The notes beneath the pieces were generated by a model that worked only from the letters and a program-made list of their open reading frames with translations, did not search any database and was not told the DNA's origin. DNA of 64,000 nucleotides from Balamuthia mandrillaris. Its lineage: Eukaryota. Both the position numbers and the translations under genes were made by a program. Each line of letters opens with the position of its first letter. Positions within the stretch are counted from its first letter, which is position 1. The DNA is taken from positions 62,001 to 126,000 of the forward strand of contig JAVKOQ020000009.1 of NCBI GenBank assembly GCA_031835245.2, written 5' to 3'. Below are positions 14,132 through 25,515 of the stretch, one piece after another.

Positions 14132-17124
14132 TTAAGTGTATTGGTCTTCTTCAGGTGATTCATGCGCGCATTTGATGATGAGGCGTTGGTACTTGTCCAC
14201 AACACTGTCAAAGTCATCCCGTTTGATGCCTCGCCGCCAAAGTATTTCTTCTGTGTGGTGCTTTCCTCTAAAGAACGGGCATAACCTTTGTAATATCCAA
14301 AGTAAGAGACCGAAGAAACCGAACAAAAAAAGTGATGAAGCAAACGAACCGTAGAAACATGTTGAAAGCAGCAGAGTTATCATTGAATCTTTGCAAGTAC
14401 TTGAGCTCATATTTCGTTAGCGGCAATGGGGTCAATGGCAAATGTTGCGGTGATGTACGGTAAGGAGGAGACACAAAACTATCGTCTTCTTCTTCGTCAT
14501 CACTTCTATCATCTTCTCCGTTCTCGCTTCCTTGGTCTTCTTCGTCATCATAATCATCGTTTGCTTCATCCGCATCTGATTCGCTTCCTTCCTGCTCGGC
14601 TTCTTCATTCTCTTCATCTCCATCAGTTTCGTGGTTGTTCTCGCTTGTGTTCGACTTTAAAGAGGACTGATCAGACGGTGATAGAGAAGCAGAAAGTAGT
14701 GAAGAAACACGCTTCCGCCGTCTTCCACTCTTTCGCTTTGAGCCCAATAGCATTCGTTGTTCTTGTGTCTCATCCTCTTCTCCCTTCTTCACCCTATTCC
14801 ACTTCTGCATCATCATCGCCCTATTCCTTAAATATTTCTCTTCAACCTCCTTCGGCACGTTGAGATAATAATAGGTGTTGACCTCCATAAGTAGCCCCTG
14901 TCGCAGCAACCACATGACCACTGGAATAAAGTCCTTCTGCTTGGGGGTGGAGTAGGCTTGCACGTGCGCGATCAACGGCTTGGGCTGAGAGAACTTAGCT
15001 AACACCTCCGCCAGACGAAAGGAAGGAAAGCTGAACTGGAAGCTCTGATCGCGAGGGGCCATTTGAAGCTCGGTCTTGGGATGGATGATGAAGACAGAGT
15101 GCGGAGTCAACGCTTTGATGATCTTGCCTTTGCGCCAATACACGAAATGAGCGGCCATCAAGAAGATCTGATTGAGAGGAATATTGGTTTCGATGCTTAT
15201 CTCCAGGAAGCTTTTTGTGAAACTGATGCTTGAGTAATAGTTGCCTGCAACAGCGGCTGATGGTCCTCCTCCACTTCCTCTCTCTTTTCCATCGACATTG
15301 CTTGAACCGCTTCCACCACTTCCACTGCCTCCACTACGAAAGGGGAAGAGAGCATCGAGGAAGAGTTGAATGGTGGAGGAGGAGTCTTGAGGCAGAGCGC
15401 GAAGGATGCTCTGACGAGACTCTAGAAGCAGAAGGGTGTGATAAGGTCGAAGAGGATAAAGACGAGGTGAATAGCTGTTCGTAGACCCACAAGAAGAAGC
15501 AGAAGAGATTAAAGAGTTGTTGTTCGGAATGGAAGTGCTTGTGTCGAAAAGGCTGAGATGGATGTCAATCCATCGATTGACGCTGACTTGGACTTGTCGG
15601 TTTTCGACGAGACCGTGATAGATTTCACGAAACTCGTGCGCCAGTGGGCTCGCGTTCAGAATATCGTCTGTAAGTTGTTGGTGGTCTGGTTTTTTTATCT
15701 AAACGTAAGCATGCGAAAGAAAGAAACGACAAGAAAAAAAAGGGAAAGAACAGAACAAAAAACGAAAACTGACCAGGAGGCTTCTCTCCCTTCTTGCAAT
15801 TGACCTGCCTGAATAACCACCGTTCCCTCACGTTCAACATAGCCTGCACCTCGTTAGTCAGATACCCGCAGCGCTGCTGCTCGTGCCGCAGCGCGGTGAC
15901 AAACTGCCTGACAACCCGCTTATACATGGCATAGCAGCGGCCACCGTCTTTCCGGGCCTCCTCCGCAGTGATGACAAAGACCAGGTTAAACTGGTTGAGG
16001 GAGTCAGGGATACCCTCGATGTTGCCGCTCTTGGTCAGCTTCCTGGCCTTGATAAAGTTCTCCCTGCGTTGCTCCTCCTTGACTTTGGCCTTCCACCTCT
16101 GTTGCTGCTGATGGTGCTGTTGTTTAGCGGATTGAGAAGAAGAAGACGAGTGATGATATTTCTTCTTCTTCTCCTCCAACCAAACGGGATAGCCCAAAAA
16201 GAGAGTGCCATCGATGGCAAGGTCAAAGCCCTCACTGCAAGCAGCTTGTTGTGGCGGTGCCTCTTTGCTGTTTTTGTTGTCGTTGTAGCTGTGGTTGCTT
16301 TTTGTTTGTTTCACTCGAGAAGAAGAAGAAGAAGAAGAAGAAGAGAGCGAAATGACGCGCTTGGGGGTGAGCAAAGGGGCGATCACGGCGGAGGGCATGT
16401 TGTAGGGTCCCTCCCTCCATCTTTGGCTGTTCACAGCCACCGGCTGCTGCGGCTGCAGCGAGTCCCTCAGCGATACGCTTCCACCGCCGCCGTTGGCCAA
16501 GGGTAACGTGGTGTAAGAGGAAGAGGCGGCCGAGGAAACGGAAGCAGCAAAAGCAGAGGCGGAGGAAAATGATGATCCATCATTTGAGGCCACAGACGAA
16601 GAAGAAGAAGAGGATGCTGAGCCACCGCCGGAGGTGATAGTCCCAACAGCCACCGCAGCGTTTACCACATGGTTCGAAGCCACCAGCGAGCCTATTTCTG
16701 AGCCTCCTCCTCCTCCTCCATCCAAAAACGAAGAAGAAGTAGAGACGCCGCCACCACCACCAGAACGAGAAAGAGCCGGCTGCGTCTGACTTCTGGTCAC
16801 GGGGGCGGCCGTTCGTCGAGGGGGAGGGTGGTGGTGAGAGGAGAGCTCGGGGGGAGCGTGCAGGCGGGCGTCGAAGGCGCGGAGGGTCTCGGTGGTGACG
16901 TGGGCGCGGGTGACCTCGGGGTAGCGAAAGACCAGCTGGGCGCCGCGGTTGTCGCTGTGGCACACAAAGATGATGCCGAGGAAGCCCTTTTGCTCGTCCT
17001 CGCCGCCGCCGCCGCCTCCTCCGCTGCTGCCGCGGTCTTCGGAAGAAGAGCGAGGAGGGGAGGAGGACGAGGAAGAGGGGGAGGACGTCGAGGAGGAGGA
17101 ACCTCGCTCCGGACTATTGTACAT
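14132..17124 (-). CDS. NPRL3: GATOR1 complex subunit NPRL3/Npr3, multi-exon
   Basis: Longin-type start GIIFVCHSDNRGAQLVFRYP, FLGYP, FNLVF, ALRHEQQRCGYLTNEV, MAAHFVYWRKGKII, VVMWLLRQGLL, and C-terminal FRGKHHTEEILWR. Confidence 0.88.
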
Positions 17125-17451
17125 ACGGCAGTCAGCGCGGGAGGATCTGTTCTTTCTTTTCGGTTTCTCTTTTTTGCTCAAATATTTTCCATATTTTGCT
17201 TTTTTTGGTAGTCAATGGTCGATAATCCATGTCGAATAAAACGGACGTTCTTGCCATTAAAACCGGATGGTTTCAATGTTGATATGTTACGAGTAAACCG
17301 CCACTGTTGCCTCAGTTCGAAACTCGATGAAGGGACGGGAGAGTCCAAAGCAAAGATTTTTTTTTGATTTGGCATTTATCGACCAAAGCCAATATTTTGG
17401 TTGAAATAATCGATAAACCGAACCTGAAGTGAAAAGAAAAGAAAAGAAAAG

Positions 17452-18961
17452 ATGTCGGCAGTAACGAGGAAGAGGCGGGAGGAATGCCTCAAGCTGCGGG
17501 CCAAGCTGGAGCCCTACGCTGCCCTCATCGACCGGTCCCAAACCGTGTTGCTCTGGATGGACACACCCGGCAAAGCCGCTTTCATCGCCCTTTGCATCTT
17601 TGTTCACATTGCTCTCGGGTCTTTTTCATCACTCCACTACTTTTTCATCTTCTCTCTCTCTCTCTCTCTCTTCTCACTTTCTTCTTCGCAGGTGGGCAAA
17701 CTACACGGTACAGCATGTAGGGGTGTTGACGACGGTCTCGCTGCTGGCCGCCCTCTACGTGCTTGGCCAGTTTCTGTTCTCGGTGGTGGAGCTGCCTTTC
17801 TCCAACATCCTGGTTTCATTTCTCCTTGTTTTTCCCTTGCCTTAAGCGTTTAATCTTCTCACTTCCCTTCTCGTGCTTCCTCTGTTGTCCGGTCTCCTCT
17901 TCTGCTTCTATCTTTCTCTCCTATCTCTCTTTTGGAACACTTTTTGTGCAAACAAGGACTCTGCGACTTCTAGGTTTGTGTTCTCTTCTCTTGTACATTC
18001 TCTCGTTCTCTCTTCGGTTCTCTTCGCTTCACTCCACTTCTCTTCATCGTGCTCTGCTCTGCTATGTTCTCTTCTGTCTTCTGCTTCTCGTCTCCTCTCC
18101 TACTTCTCCTCTCCCTCTTGCTCTCTCGTTGTTCTCTTCCCTCTGTGCCACTGACGGCCCCTATCCATCTATCTAATAGAGAAGAGCTCCAGAGCGGTGA
18201 CGTGCGTCCGTACACGTTGGATGAGATTGCTCGCTTTCTTGTCACCCTGAAGTTTGCCTTCAAAACCATTCTCATAGAAATGGAGCGTCTAAAGGCCATC
18301 AACCTGACCAAGGTTTGTAGTCCTGTTCTTTGTTCTTGCAATTGGTCTGACTGATTTATATTATGCATCCAACACAAAAGTACACAGTACAAGCTGCGTT
18401 GTTATGGTTGATCATTGCTTACATCGGCACAATGCTCTCTGGATATTCCCTTGTTTATCTTCTCTGTACCTTTTCTCGTTCTCGCGTTCTCTCTCTCTCT
18501 CTCTCCGTCTTTGCTTGTTCTCTCTAGTAACCAGAGGTATAGCCTACACCATATTGCTGCTTCCAGGAGTGTACTCTCACGGCCTCATCGGCAAAGCCAT
18601 TCAAGTTTTAGAGCCATATTGTGGTCAAGTGTTTACCACCATTCGACAACAAGTTCATCAACGTAATTCATCTTCCTCCTGTCTCTTCCGCTTCTCTTCA
18701 TCCCCCTTCGTTTGTTCATAGTTCCTTACTCTCTCCTACATACAAACAGTAATGCAAAGCAACAACATCGGTGCAGTTCGACCTCCTCCACCTCATCCTC
18801 TTCAACACACTGCCCACAAGGCACGAACCGGCAGGCCCGGTGATGATTTTCACGAGGAAGACGAGGTTGTGGTGGGAGAAGAGGAGGACTACTACAGCAG
18901 CGACGAGGATTCCAGGTCGGACCTGGAGACCTTTTCCGACGAAGCCTCTTCCGACGAGTGA
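17452..18961 (+). CDS. Reticulon-homology ER membrane protein (ARL6IP1/RETREG-like) with an acidic tail, multi-exon
   Basis: KLRAKLEPY...QTVLLW followed by long hydrophobic hairpins. ILLLPGVYSHGLI resembles the ARL6IP1 C-terminal LLLPGLNQHGI motif. Confidence 0.6.
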
Positions 18962-19209
18962 AAAAAAAACGTTTACAGCGCAACATTCGCACCTTCTCTT
19001 CGTCGTTTTCTTCTCTTCTCTTCTCTTTTCCAAGTGTTAATATATGGCCCCTCAGCAAATAAACTTTTCCTGGAATTTTTTCCAAAAAAACAAAAGGGGG
19101 GAACAGCGTCGTTGTTGGTCGGGTTCGAACCGGCGGAAAGTCCAAAATATTATTTGTCGACGGGCAGGCAAAATATTTTCTTAGAATTTTTTCAAAATAG
19201 ACGGAGAAG

Positions 19210-20700
19210 AATGGAACAGAGGTTGTTTGCCGCTTTGGAAGAAGAAGCAACCTCCCCACAACGGGAACTCGTTTTCCTCCAACGGCTGGCCCTTCGGGAT
19301 GAGCCTGAAGAGTCTGTGGTGAGGTGCGATGAGGAGCAAGCAGGTCGTTGCTACCTCCTTTCCTTGCGGTGGTGGCAGCAGTGGAAACGGTTCATGAGGA
19401 CCCAGGAGGAGGAGGGAGAGGAGGCTGCTGCTTCCTCTTCTTCTTCTCCTCCGTCGTCGATGAGGGTGCTGCCGTTGCAAGAGGGAGTGCCACCCATCAA
19501 CAACTTTCCCCTTCTCAAATCCTATTCTTTCAGTCTGCTGCACCAGTGCAGCGTGGCTGTTGCCCTGCAAAAGGACCGAACACGAGCAGCGCTGCACGAG
19601 AGTGGGAGTGGAGGAAGAAGAGATGGAGAAGAAGAAGAAGAAGAGGAGGAAATGCCCTATTACATTCAACGACTGTTGGGAGAGAGAGGAAAGGAGTTGT
19701 TGGAGAACAAATGTGAACTGAGAGAGGATTTGGAGGAAGGTCGGGACTACGTTTGGGTCTTTGAACCCACCTGGAACATCCTCCACCGGTTTGTTCTCTC
19801 CCTCTCCTCTCTCTCTCTTGCTTTCTCTCCTTGTCTCTGTCTTCTCTCTCTTCTCTCCCTCTCCTCTCTCTCTCTCTCTCTCTCTCCCTCCTATCTCTCC
19901 CCTCCCCTCTCGCTGTGCTGTTCTGATTGTTGTTAGTTCTTAGTTTCTTTTGGTTTTTTTTTCAGACGTTTTTACTTGCTCCTTTCTCGTCCTCTTCTCT
20001 TCATCGTTCTCTTCCTTCATCGTTCTTCTCTTCTCTTCGTCATTCTCTTCTCTTCATCGTTCTCTTCTCTTCATCTATTGTTCATCTTTTCTTAACTTCT
20101 CTTATGCGTCATCAAAGGTGGTGTGGAGGAGGGCCAACGCTGAAAGCAGCATTGGTACCTTCTGGAATGCGTCAACGAAAAGTCCTTACCCTAAATCCTT
20201 GGGAATTGAAGTATGGCTGGGGACTGACACGTCCAGATGAGGCAAAACAAACGCTTCCCTTGCAAAAGATAACCTTCCGTCCTGAAGAGTCTCTCAAAGG
20301 TTTGAACGTCTGCTCCGTTTGTGATTTGTTCGTTTCTGTATTTGATCTGAATGTGATAAAACAGTGGTAAGGCACATCGTTTGCAGCAAGGCCTGGTTAC
20401 CGCCACACAACTTCGCGTTCATGGCCTGGAACAAAGAGAGTGAGCCTGAAGTGATCAACTTGGATAAGTACGACCTGCAAGCTCTCACCCTCCAGAACTG
20501 TGGCTTGATAGAGCCCCAACAAACTGTCCTCTTTTTGGTATATATGCAACCAGCAGATAGACCACACTACGTCCCAACAATGAATTCCTTTGGTTTGTAC
20601 TTTTTGTTGTTCAGTCTTTGTTTATTTTCTTTTCTTTTTACAAGCAGTTAACATTCTATTTAATGTTAATGCCGGGTTCAAAACCCAACTCGGACATTAG
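19210..20700 (+). CDS. DUSP-domain protein (USP4/11/15-type N-terminus) with no visible peptidase domain; 3' end at 20651 or 20700
   Basis: CYLLSLRWWQQWKRF, PPINNFPLL and LEEGRDYVWVFEPTWNILHR|WCGGGP match the DUSP consensus. A short possible UBL-like segment follows, then a stop. Confidence 0.7.
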
Positions 20701-21394
20701 GTTGATGAAACCTTTTAAGAAGCTGCTGGCAAACTGCCTGAGAAGCAGGGTTGGCACGAAGTCATCCACCTTTTCAGCATCTAAAGGCATCAGCTCTTGC
20801 TTCTCTGCCGAACGTTGCATCAGGTCAAAGAACTCTTGAAAGTCAACTCCGTGTGTTTTGCTAATGTTTAAGATCTACAGAGAAACACGTATTACTTCCA
20901 GTTAGAAAGAAGCTGAATAACGAAGCGGAAAGGAGAGGATAGCACAAAGAAGAAAGCAGTAATAGAAGAAACAAGGAGGAGAAGGGAGGAGGAGAGCAGG
21001 AGGAGAGCAGGAGAGCAGGAGAAGGAGAAGGAGAAGGAGGAGGAGAACAAATAGAAGAAGAAGAAGAAAATGAAAAACAAGAAGAACAAGAAGGACAAGA
21101 TCAAGAACAAGGGAAAAATAGGGAAACTGAGAAAAAATAGTTCAACAAAAGAAACCTCATGAAGCACTTTGATGGCGTCTCGATCCACAAACTCAATGCC
21201 ATCGAATTGCACCACCTTGAAGCCGTTGCAGAAGAGCTTCGTGATCCAGTTTTCGAACAACTTATCCCCATCTTTGCCAGTCACTTTGTTCCACATCACC
21301 AATGTGCAATATGCCTGAAACTGAGTCTACACAACAGAACGCACACACCGTCAACGACAGCACAATGCAAACAACCCCGACAACGAGAAAGCCA

Positions 21395-21431
<37 letters not shown>

Positions 21432-21482
21432 GGAAGAACGAAAGAGAAGATGGAAAAGAAAGAGAGGAAAGAGAGAAAGCCA

Positions 21483-21527
<45 letters not shown>

Positions 21528-21993
21528 AGAAGAACGAAAAAGAAGATAGAAAAGAACGAAAAGAAAGAGAGGAAAGCGAGAAAGCCAGCAAATAGAGAGA
21601 GATGACGACGATGCAAAGAACGGGATAAACTCAACAAAAAGAGAGATTACCTGAAACTCATGCGGTTCTTTGTATCGCTTCTCCCTCTTGTGGCAAAGTT
21701 CGATGAACGACATGAAGTCCTCGAGATCTATCAAACCGGTATGATACCGGTCCAGCACGAACAGTATCCCAAGATGCGTAAGGTCTACGCCATAGTGGTG
21801 ACTCACGATCTTTGAGGTATGAATCAAGGTTACCTGCTCCACTGTCTGTTACGGCACAAGAACGAAAGATAGGTGAGAAAGGTGTTCTAAACGAAAGGGT
21901 ACGGAGAGCACGTGCCAAGTATTCCTTTTTGACATCCCGCACCCGTTCGAACTCGGCTTTGGCCTTCTCTTTGATCGTCGCTATGTTCCCCAT
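20656..21993 (-). CDS. EF-hand calcium-binding protein, possibly N-myristoylated, multi-exon
   Basis: Start MGNIAT; EF-hand-like LDRYHTGLIDLEDF; later exons include FVDRDAIK and DFQEFFDLMQR; ends FEPGINIK* at 20656. Confidence 0.7.
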
Positions 21994-22306
21994 CCGCTTT
22001 TCGTTTGTTTCCTTAGCTCTCCAGGTTTTTCGTTCTACTATAGTAACAGTTGCGCCAAACGACGCGTCTTCCCTAATATAGGATGCATTTCGATAATTGG
22101 TGGAAATAACGAACAAAAAAAGAACTCTCTCGACACGAACAGACTGCAAGAAAACGCTCTCCTACACACACGTGAGCCGGGGAGAGGCAACATGAAGCTG
22201 CCTTGGAAGAGTTTTCTCGTAGTTCTTCCGAGCTGGGAAGCATGCGAACGAAATATGAACGCCAATATGCGATGATCCCATATAGCGATAAAAGCCCATG
22301 CGTAGC

Positions 22307-23924
22307 GCTTGAAACAAGATATCACCATGTGAAGTTTCGTGGAGGAGAAACGAACGACCAAAGACCATGTCCCCTTCCCCAAACGACCCCCAAAACGGAA
22401 CCGACGAGACCTCAACCCGCCCCCACCATAAATACCTTCTCGTCGCTATTTTGCTTCCTCAACAAAACAACAAACAACAAATAACAAGCAATAACAAACA
22501 CAAGACAAAAGGAGAAGAAGAAGCAGCAGCAGAGAAGAGGCTTTCATTCACCAACCAACCAACCAACCAACAACAACAACAATGAAGAACAGGAAAGCCA
22601 TTTTGACGGCGCTGGTTCTTTACCTCACTCTCATTCTCTACTCTGCCTCCAGCGAGGCCTCCACCTCCTACTCCTCCTCCTCCTCCGACCTGCAACACTG
22701 CCCCAAGTGCTTCTCCACCCGCCTTCTGACGGACCGGGGCAGGAAGGTGGGCAACGTGTTTGTGCGCAATGACGATGAGTTCCTTTGGGTGACCTTCCGC
22801 GGGGAGGACCGTTGGAAGCTCACCAAGGTCAACCTCCACGTTGGCCGTCACCGTTGCGACATCCCCAGGATCCGCTTCCACGATGACTTTTATGGTGGAG
22901 GCAACATCTACGACGGCAAGTATGATGGAGGGGATATCTACGATGGCAAGTACGACGGTGGCAATATCTACGACGGTGGAAATATCTATGACGGCAAGTA
23001 CGACGGTGGCAACATCTACGATGGTGGTGACATCTACGATGGCAAGTACGACGGTGGCAACATCTACGACGGCAAGTACGATGGTGGCAACATCTATGAT
23101 GGCAAATATGATGGAGGAAACATCTACGACGGCAAGTACGACGGCGGTGACATCTACGATGGCAAGTACGATGGCGGTGACATCTACGACGGCAAATATG
23201 ACGGTGGCAACATCTACGACGGTGGAGACATCTATGATGGCAAGTACGACGGCGGAGACATCTACGACGGCAAGTACGATGGAGGAGACCTCTTCGACGG
23301 CAAGGATTTCTACAGCGACGACATCATCATAAAGAACAATTTCGTGCCTGACCTTCGGAAGTTCCGCTTCAAGGCCAAGCTGGACGAGGTGAGGAGCTTC
23401 ACCATCAAGATCAAGCTGGACTCCATTCGCGGTGCTCGCTGCGGAGGCTCCTTGGTGATCGCGGCCTTTGCGGAGGTGGTGAGGACGAGGGATGGCCGTG
23501 TGGTGGAGAGGGAGCACGCCTGGGCTGCCGGGTGGAGGTTCTCCCACAAGAGCGACGCCTCTTTCTTCAACTTCATCTTGTGTTGCCCTCGTGGTGACAA
23601 CATCTACGATGGCTACGACGGAGGGGACGTCTACGATGGACGCTACGATGGAGGCAACATCTATGATGGACGCTATGATGGAGGCAACGTCTATGACGGT
23701 CGCTATGACGGAGGGGATGTCTACGATGGCCGCTACGACGGAGGCAACATCTACGATGGGCGCTATGATGGCGGCAATGTCTATGATGGTGGCAACATCT
23801 ACGATGGGCGCTATGACGGAGGGGACGTCTACGACGGGCGATACGATGGCGGAAACATCTATGATGGACGCTATGATGGTGGCAATGTTTATGATGGTGG
23901 CAACGTCAGATACTAACCATACAC
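22307..23924. repeat. Segmental duplication arm 1 (promoter plus gene), inverted relative to arm 2 at about 49894-51585
   Basis: GCTTGAAACAAGATATCACCATGTGAAGTTTCGTGG... from 22307 is the reverse complement of the sequence ending at 51585. Homology runs through the stop codon (TACTAACCATACA). Confidence 0.92.
22582..23916 (+). CDS. Secreted Tyr/Asp/Gly tandem-repeat protein (GNIYDG[K/R]YDG), copy 1, intronless, 444 aa
   Basis: Signal peptide MKNRKAILTALVLYLTLILYSASSEA; two repeat blocks that interrupt and follow a Cys-containing globular domain; strong C/G-ending codon bias; near-identical paralog at 49902-51335. Confidence 0.9.
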   Translation: MKNRKAILTALVLYLTLILYSASSEASTSYSSSSSDLQHCPKCFSTRLLTDRGRKVGNVFVRNDDEFLWVTFRGEDRWKLTKVNLHVGRHRCDIPRIRFHDDFYGGGNIYDGKYDGGDIYDGKYDGGNIYDGGNIYDGKYDGGNIYDGGDIYDGKYDGGNIYDGKYDGGNIYDGKYDGGNIYDGKYDGGDIYDGKYDGGDIYDGKYDGGNIYDGGDIYDGKYDGGDIYDGKYDGGDLFDGKDFYSDDIIIKNNFVPDLRKFRFKAKLDEVRSFTIKIKLDSIRGARCGGSLVIAAFAEVVRTRDGRVVEREHAWAAGWRFSHKSDASFFNFILCCPRGDNIYDGYDGGDVYDGRYDGGNIYDGRYDGGNVYDGRYDGGDVYDGRYDGGNIYDGRYDGGNVYDGGNIYDGRYDGGDVYDGRYDGGNIYDGRYDGGNVYDGGNVRY

Positions 23925-24123
23925 CTTTTTTTTTTGGTTTGGTTTGGTCGCTTCCCAAGCCAGCTGCCCTTTCTTCTTATGTCAACAAAAAAAAACTAAA
24001 TAAACCTGGTTCCATGCATCAGCTATAGAGAAGAGAAAGAAAGCAAAGAGAAAAAAAAAACAGAACGCGCCCAGAAAACATAATAATATAAAAAAAGAAT
24101 ACCTTGTTTGCTGAACGCTCTTT

Positions 24124-25515
24124 TTACAGCTGAAACACATCTTTGTAGAATGTCTCGATCCTCTGCAACTCCACTTTGTAAGGACACATCTCACATCCAC
24201 AGTCTTCTCCGTGTTCTCCCCCTTGGCTTGGCTCTTCTCCTTCCCCTCTTCCTCTGCTGTGTTCATCTCCTTCTCCTTCTTCATCATTGCCACTAACCAT
24301 CGTCATCATATCCACAAAGCTAAAGCCGCTAGCAGCAGCGGAGGGGGCAGAGGCTTCCTCCTCTTCTGCCTGAAGCAAGTCGTTAAGCTCAAAGAGGTTC
24401 TCGCGAACGTTGGCTTGAGTAAACTGTAACAGATGTTTCAGCTGTTGAATCTGTTCTGACTTTTCGGTATCCGGCAGGGCGTTATACTTGTGCAACAAGT
24501 TCGTTAGGGCTGACTCAAAGTCAGCGCCGTTTGTGCTGTCGGAGTCGTCGTCCTCATCGCTGTTTTCTTGTTGTTGAGGCGAAGAAGAGGACGAAAGCAG
24601 AGATAATAAGTGTCGCTGTTGTTCTGTTAGTGAGCCATCATCGTCAACGTTATGGTCGTGGCTCGTTCCTGATGTTGATGTGGTGGTTGTGGAAAGTTGA
24701 GAAGAAGAAGAAGAGGAGGAAGAAGGTAAAGAAGATCCCGCTCCAAAAGAAGCAAGAGTGATGGGTGTTGAAGACGAAGAAGACGATGAGGCAGAGAATT
24801 GAGGTGGAGACTGTTGATGAGACAAAACGTCCAACAGCTTCTGTTGATCGTTCTGTTGTTTCTCTATGCGGGTGAGCGTCTCTATCAAAAAGTCGTTCAG
24901 CGTCTTCTTCTTCGACGGCTTCCTCTTCTTCAACTGTTCGGGCTTCGAGATGACTTTGATAGGCGCCGAGAAGGCCACAAAGCTCGGCGCTATCTGCTGC
25001 TTGGTCAGCGGGTCCAGGGCGATGAACTTGACCCGGAAGAACATGTCCTCGTGCTGGCTGCTCAGCACCTTCAGGCGAACCTCCAGGTTGGCCCGCCGTC
25101 CGTCCTCCACCACCTCCACCTTGAAATGAAAGGGCTTCTTGGAGACAAAGTCCACCTCGCTCTCGGGGGTGGCGAAGGGGTCCTCCGAGTCGTAGAGGAG
25201 GGCGCAGTCAAACGTAACTCGCCCCAGGTCCACACGATCCGCGAGGGGGTCGTGGTGCGCTGCGGAGGAGGATCCCCCCTTGCCGCCGGCGGTGGCAGCC
25301 GTGCTGGCCCTCAGGTAGGGTTGCAGGAGGTCGCGAAAGTGGGAGGAAGGGGGAACGAGGTCGTTGTCCAGGCGAAGGCCGATGACAAAGGGGCTGTTCT
25401 TGACGACAATGTGGAGGGTCTCCTCTTTGCCGTTGCGGGTGAAGGTCGTCTCGGAGAGAGAGTTTTGCTCCACGACGGTGAGCCGAGGGAAGGAGAAGAA
25501 GGGTTCTGCCAGCAT
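24124..25515 (-). CDS. CudA-family (STAT-like DNA-binding domain) transcription factor
   Basis: LHIVVKNSPF, LLYD, EVDFVSKKP, VRLKVLSSQHEDMFFRVKF, PIKVISKP, a coiled coil, and C-terminal CPYKVELQRIETFY. These match amoebozoan CudA/SpaA-like proteins as I recall them. Confidence 0.8.
   Translation of the reverse strand: MLAEPFFSFPRLTVVEQNSLSETTFTRNGKEETLHIVVKNSPFVIGLRLDNDLVPPSSHFRDLLQPYLRASTAATAGGKGGSSSAAHHDPLADRVDLGRVTFDCALLYDSEDPFATPESEVDFVSKKPFHFKVEVVEDGRRANLEVRLKVLSSQHEDMFFRVKFIALDPLTKQQIAPSFVAFSAPIKVISKPEQLKKRKPSKKKTLNDFLIETLTRIEKQQNDQQKLLDVLSHQQSPPQFSASSSSSSSTPITLASFGAGSSLPSSSSSSSSQLSTTTTSTSGTSHDHNVDDDGSLTEQQRHLLSLLSSSSSPQQQENSDEDDDSDSTNGADFESALTNLLHKYNALPDTEKSEQIQQLKHLLQFTQANVRENLFELNDLLQAEEEEASAPSAAASGFSFVDMMTMVSGNDEEGEGDEHSRGRGEGEEPSQGGEHGEDCGCEMCPYKVELQRIETFYKDVFQL

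Noticed and set aside
22900..23910. Regularly spaced DNA repeats that could suggest a CRISPR array
   Set aside because: There are no unique spacers; the units are 18/30-nt in-frame coding repeats in a eukaryotic gene.
22459..23958. 499-aa antisense ORF (and the 503-aa one at 49851-51362) rich in V/I/D/A, plus T/M/S-rich alternate-frame ORFs
   Set aside because: These are shadows of the repeat gene's restricted codons. Only the YDG frame has a signal peptide, an ATG in good context and synonymous-site variation.
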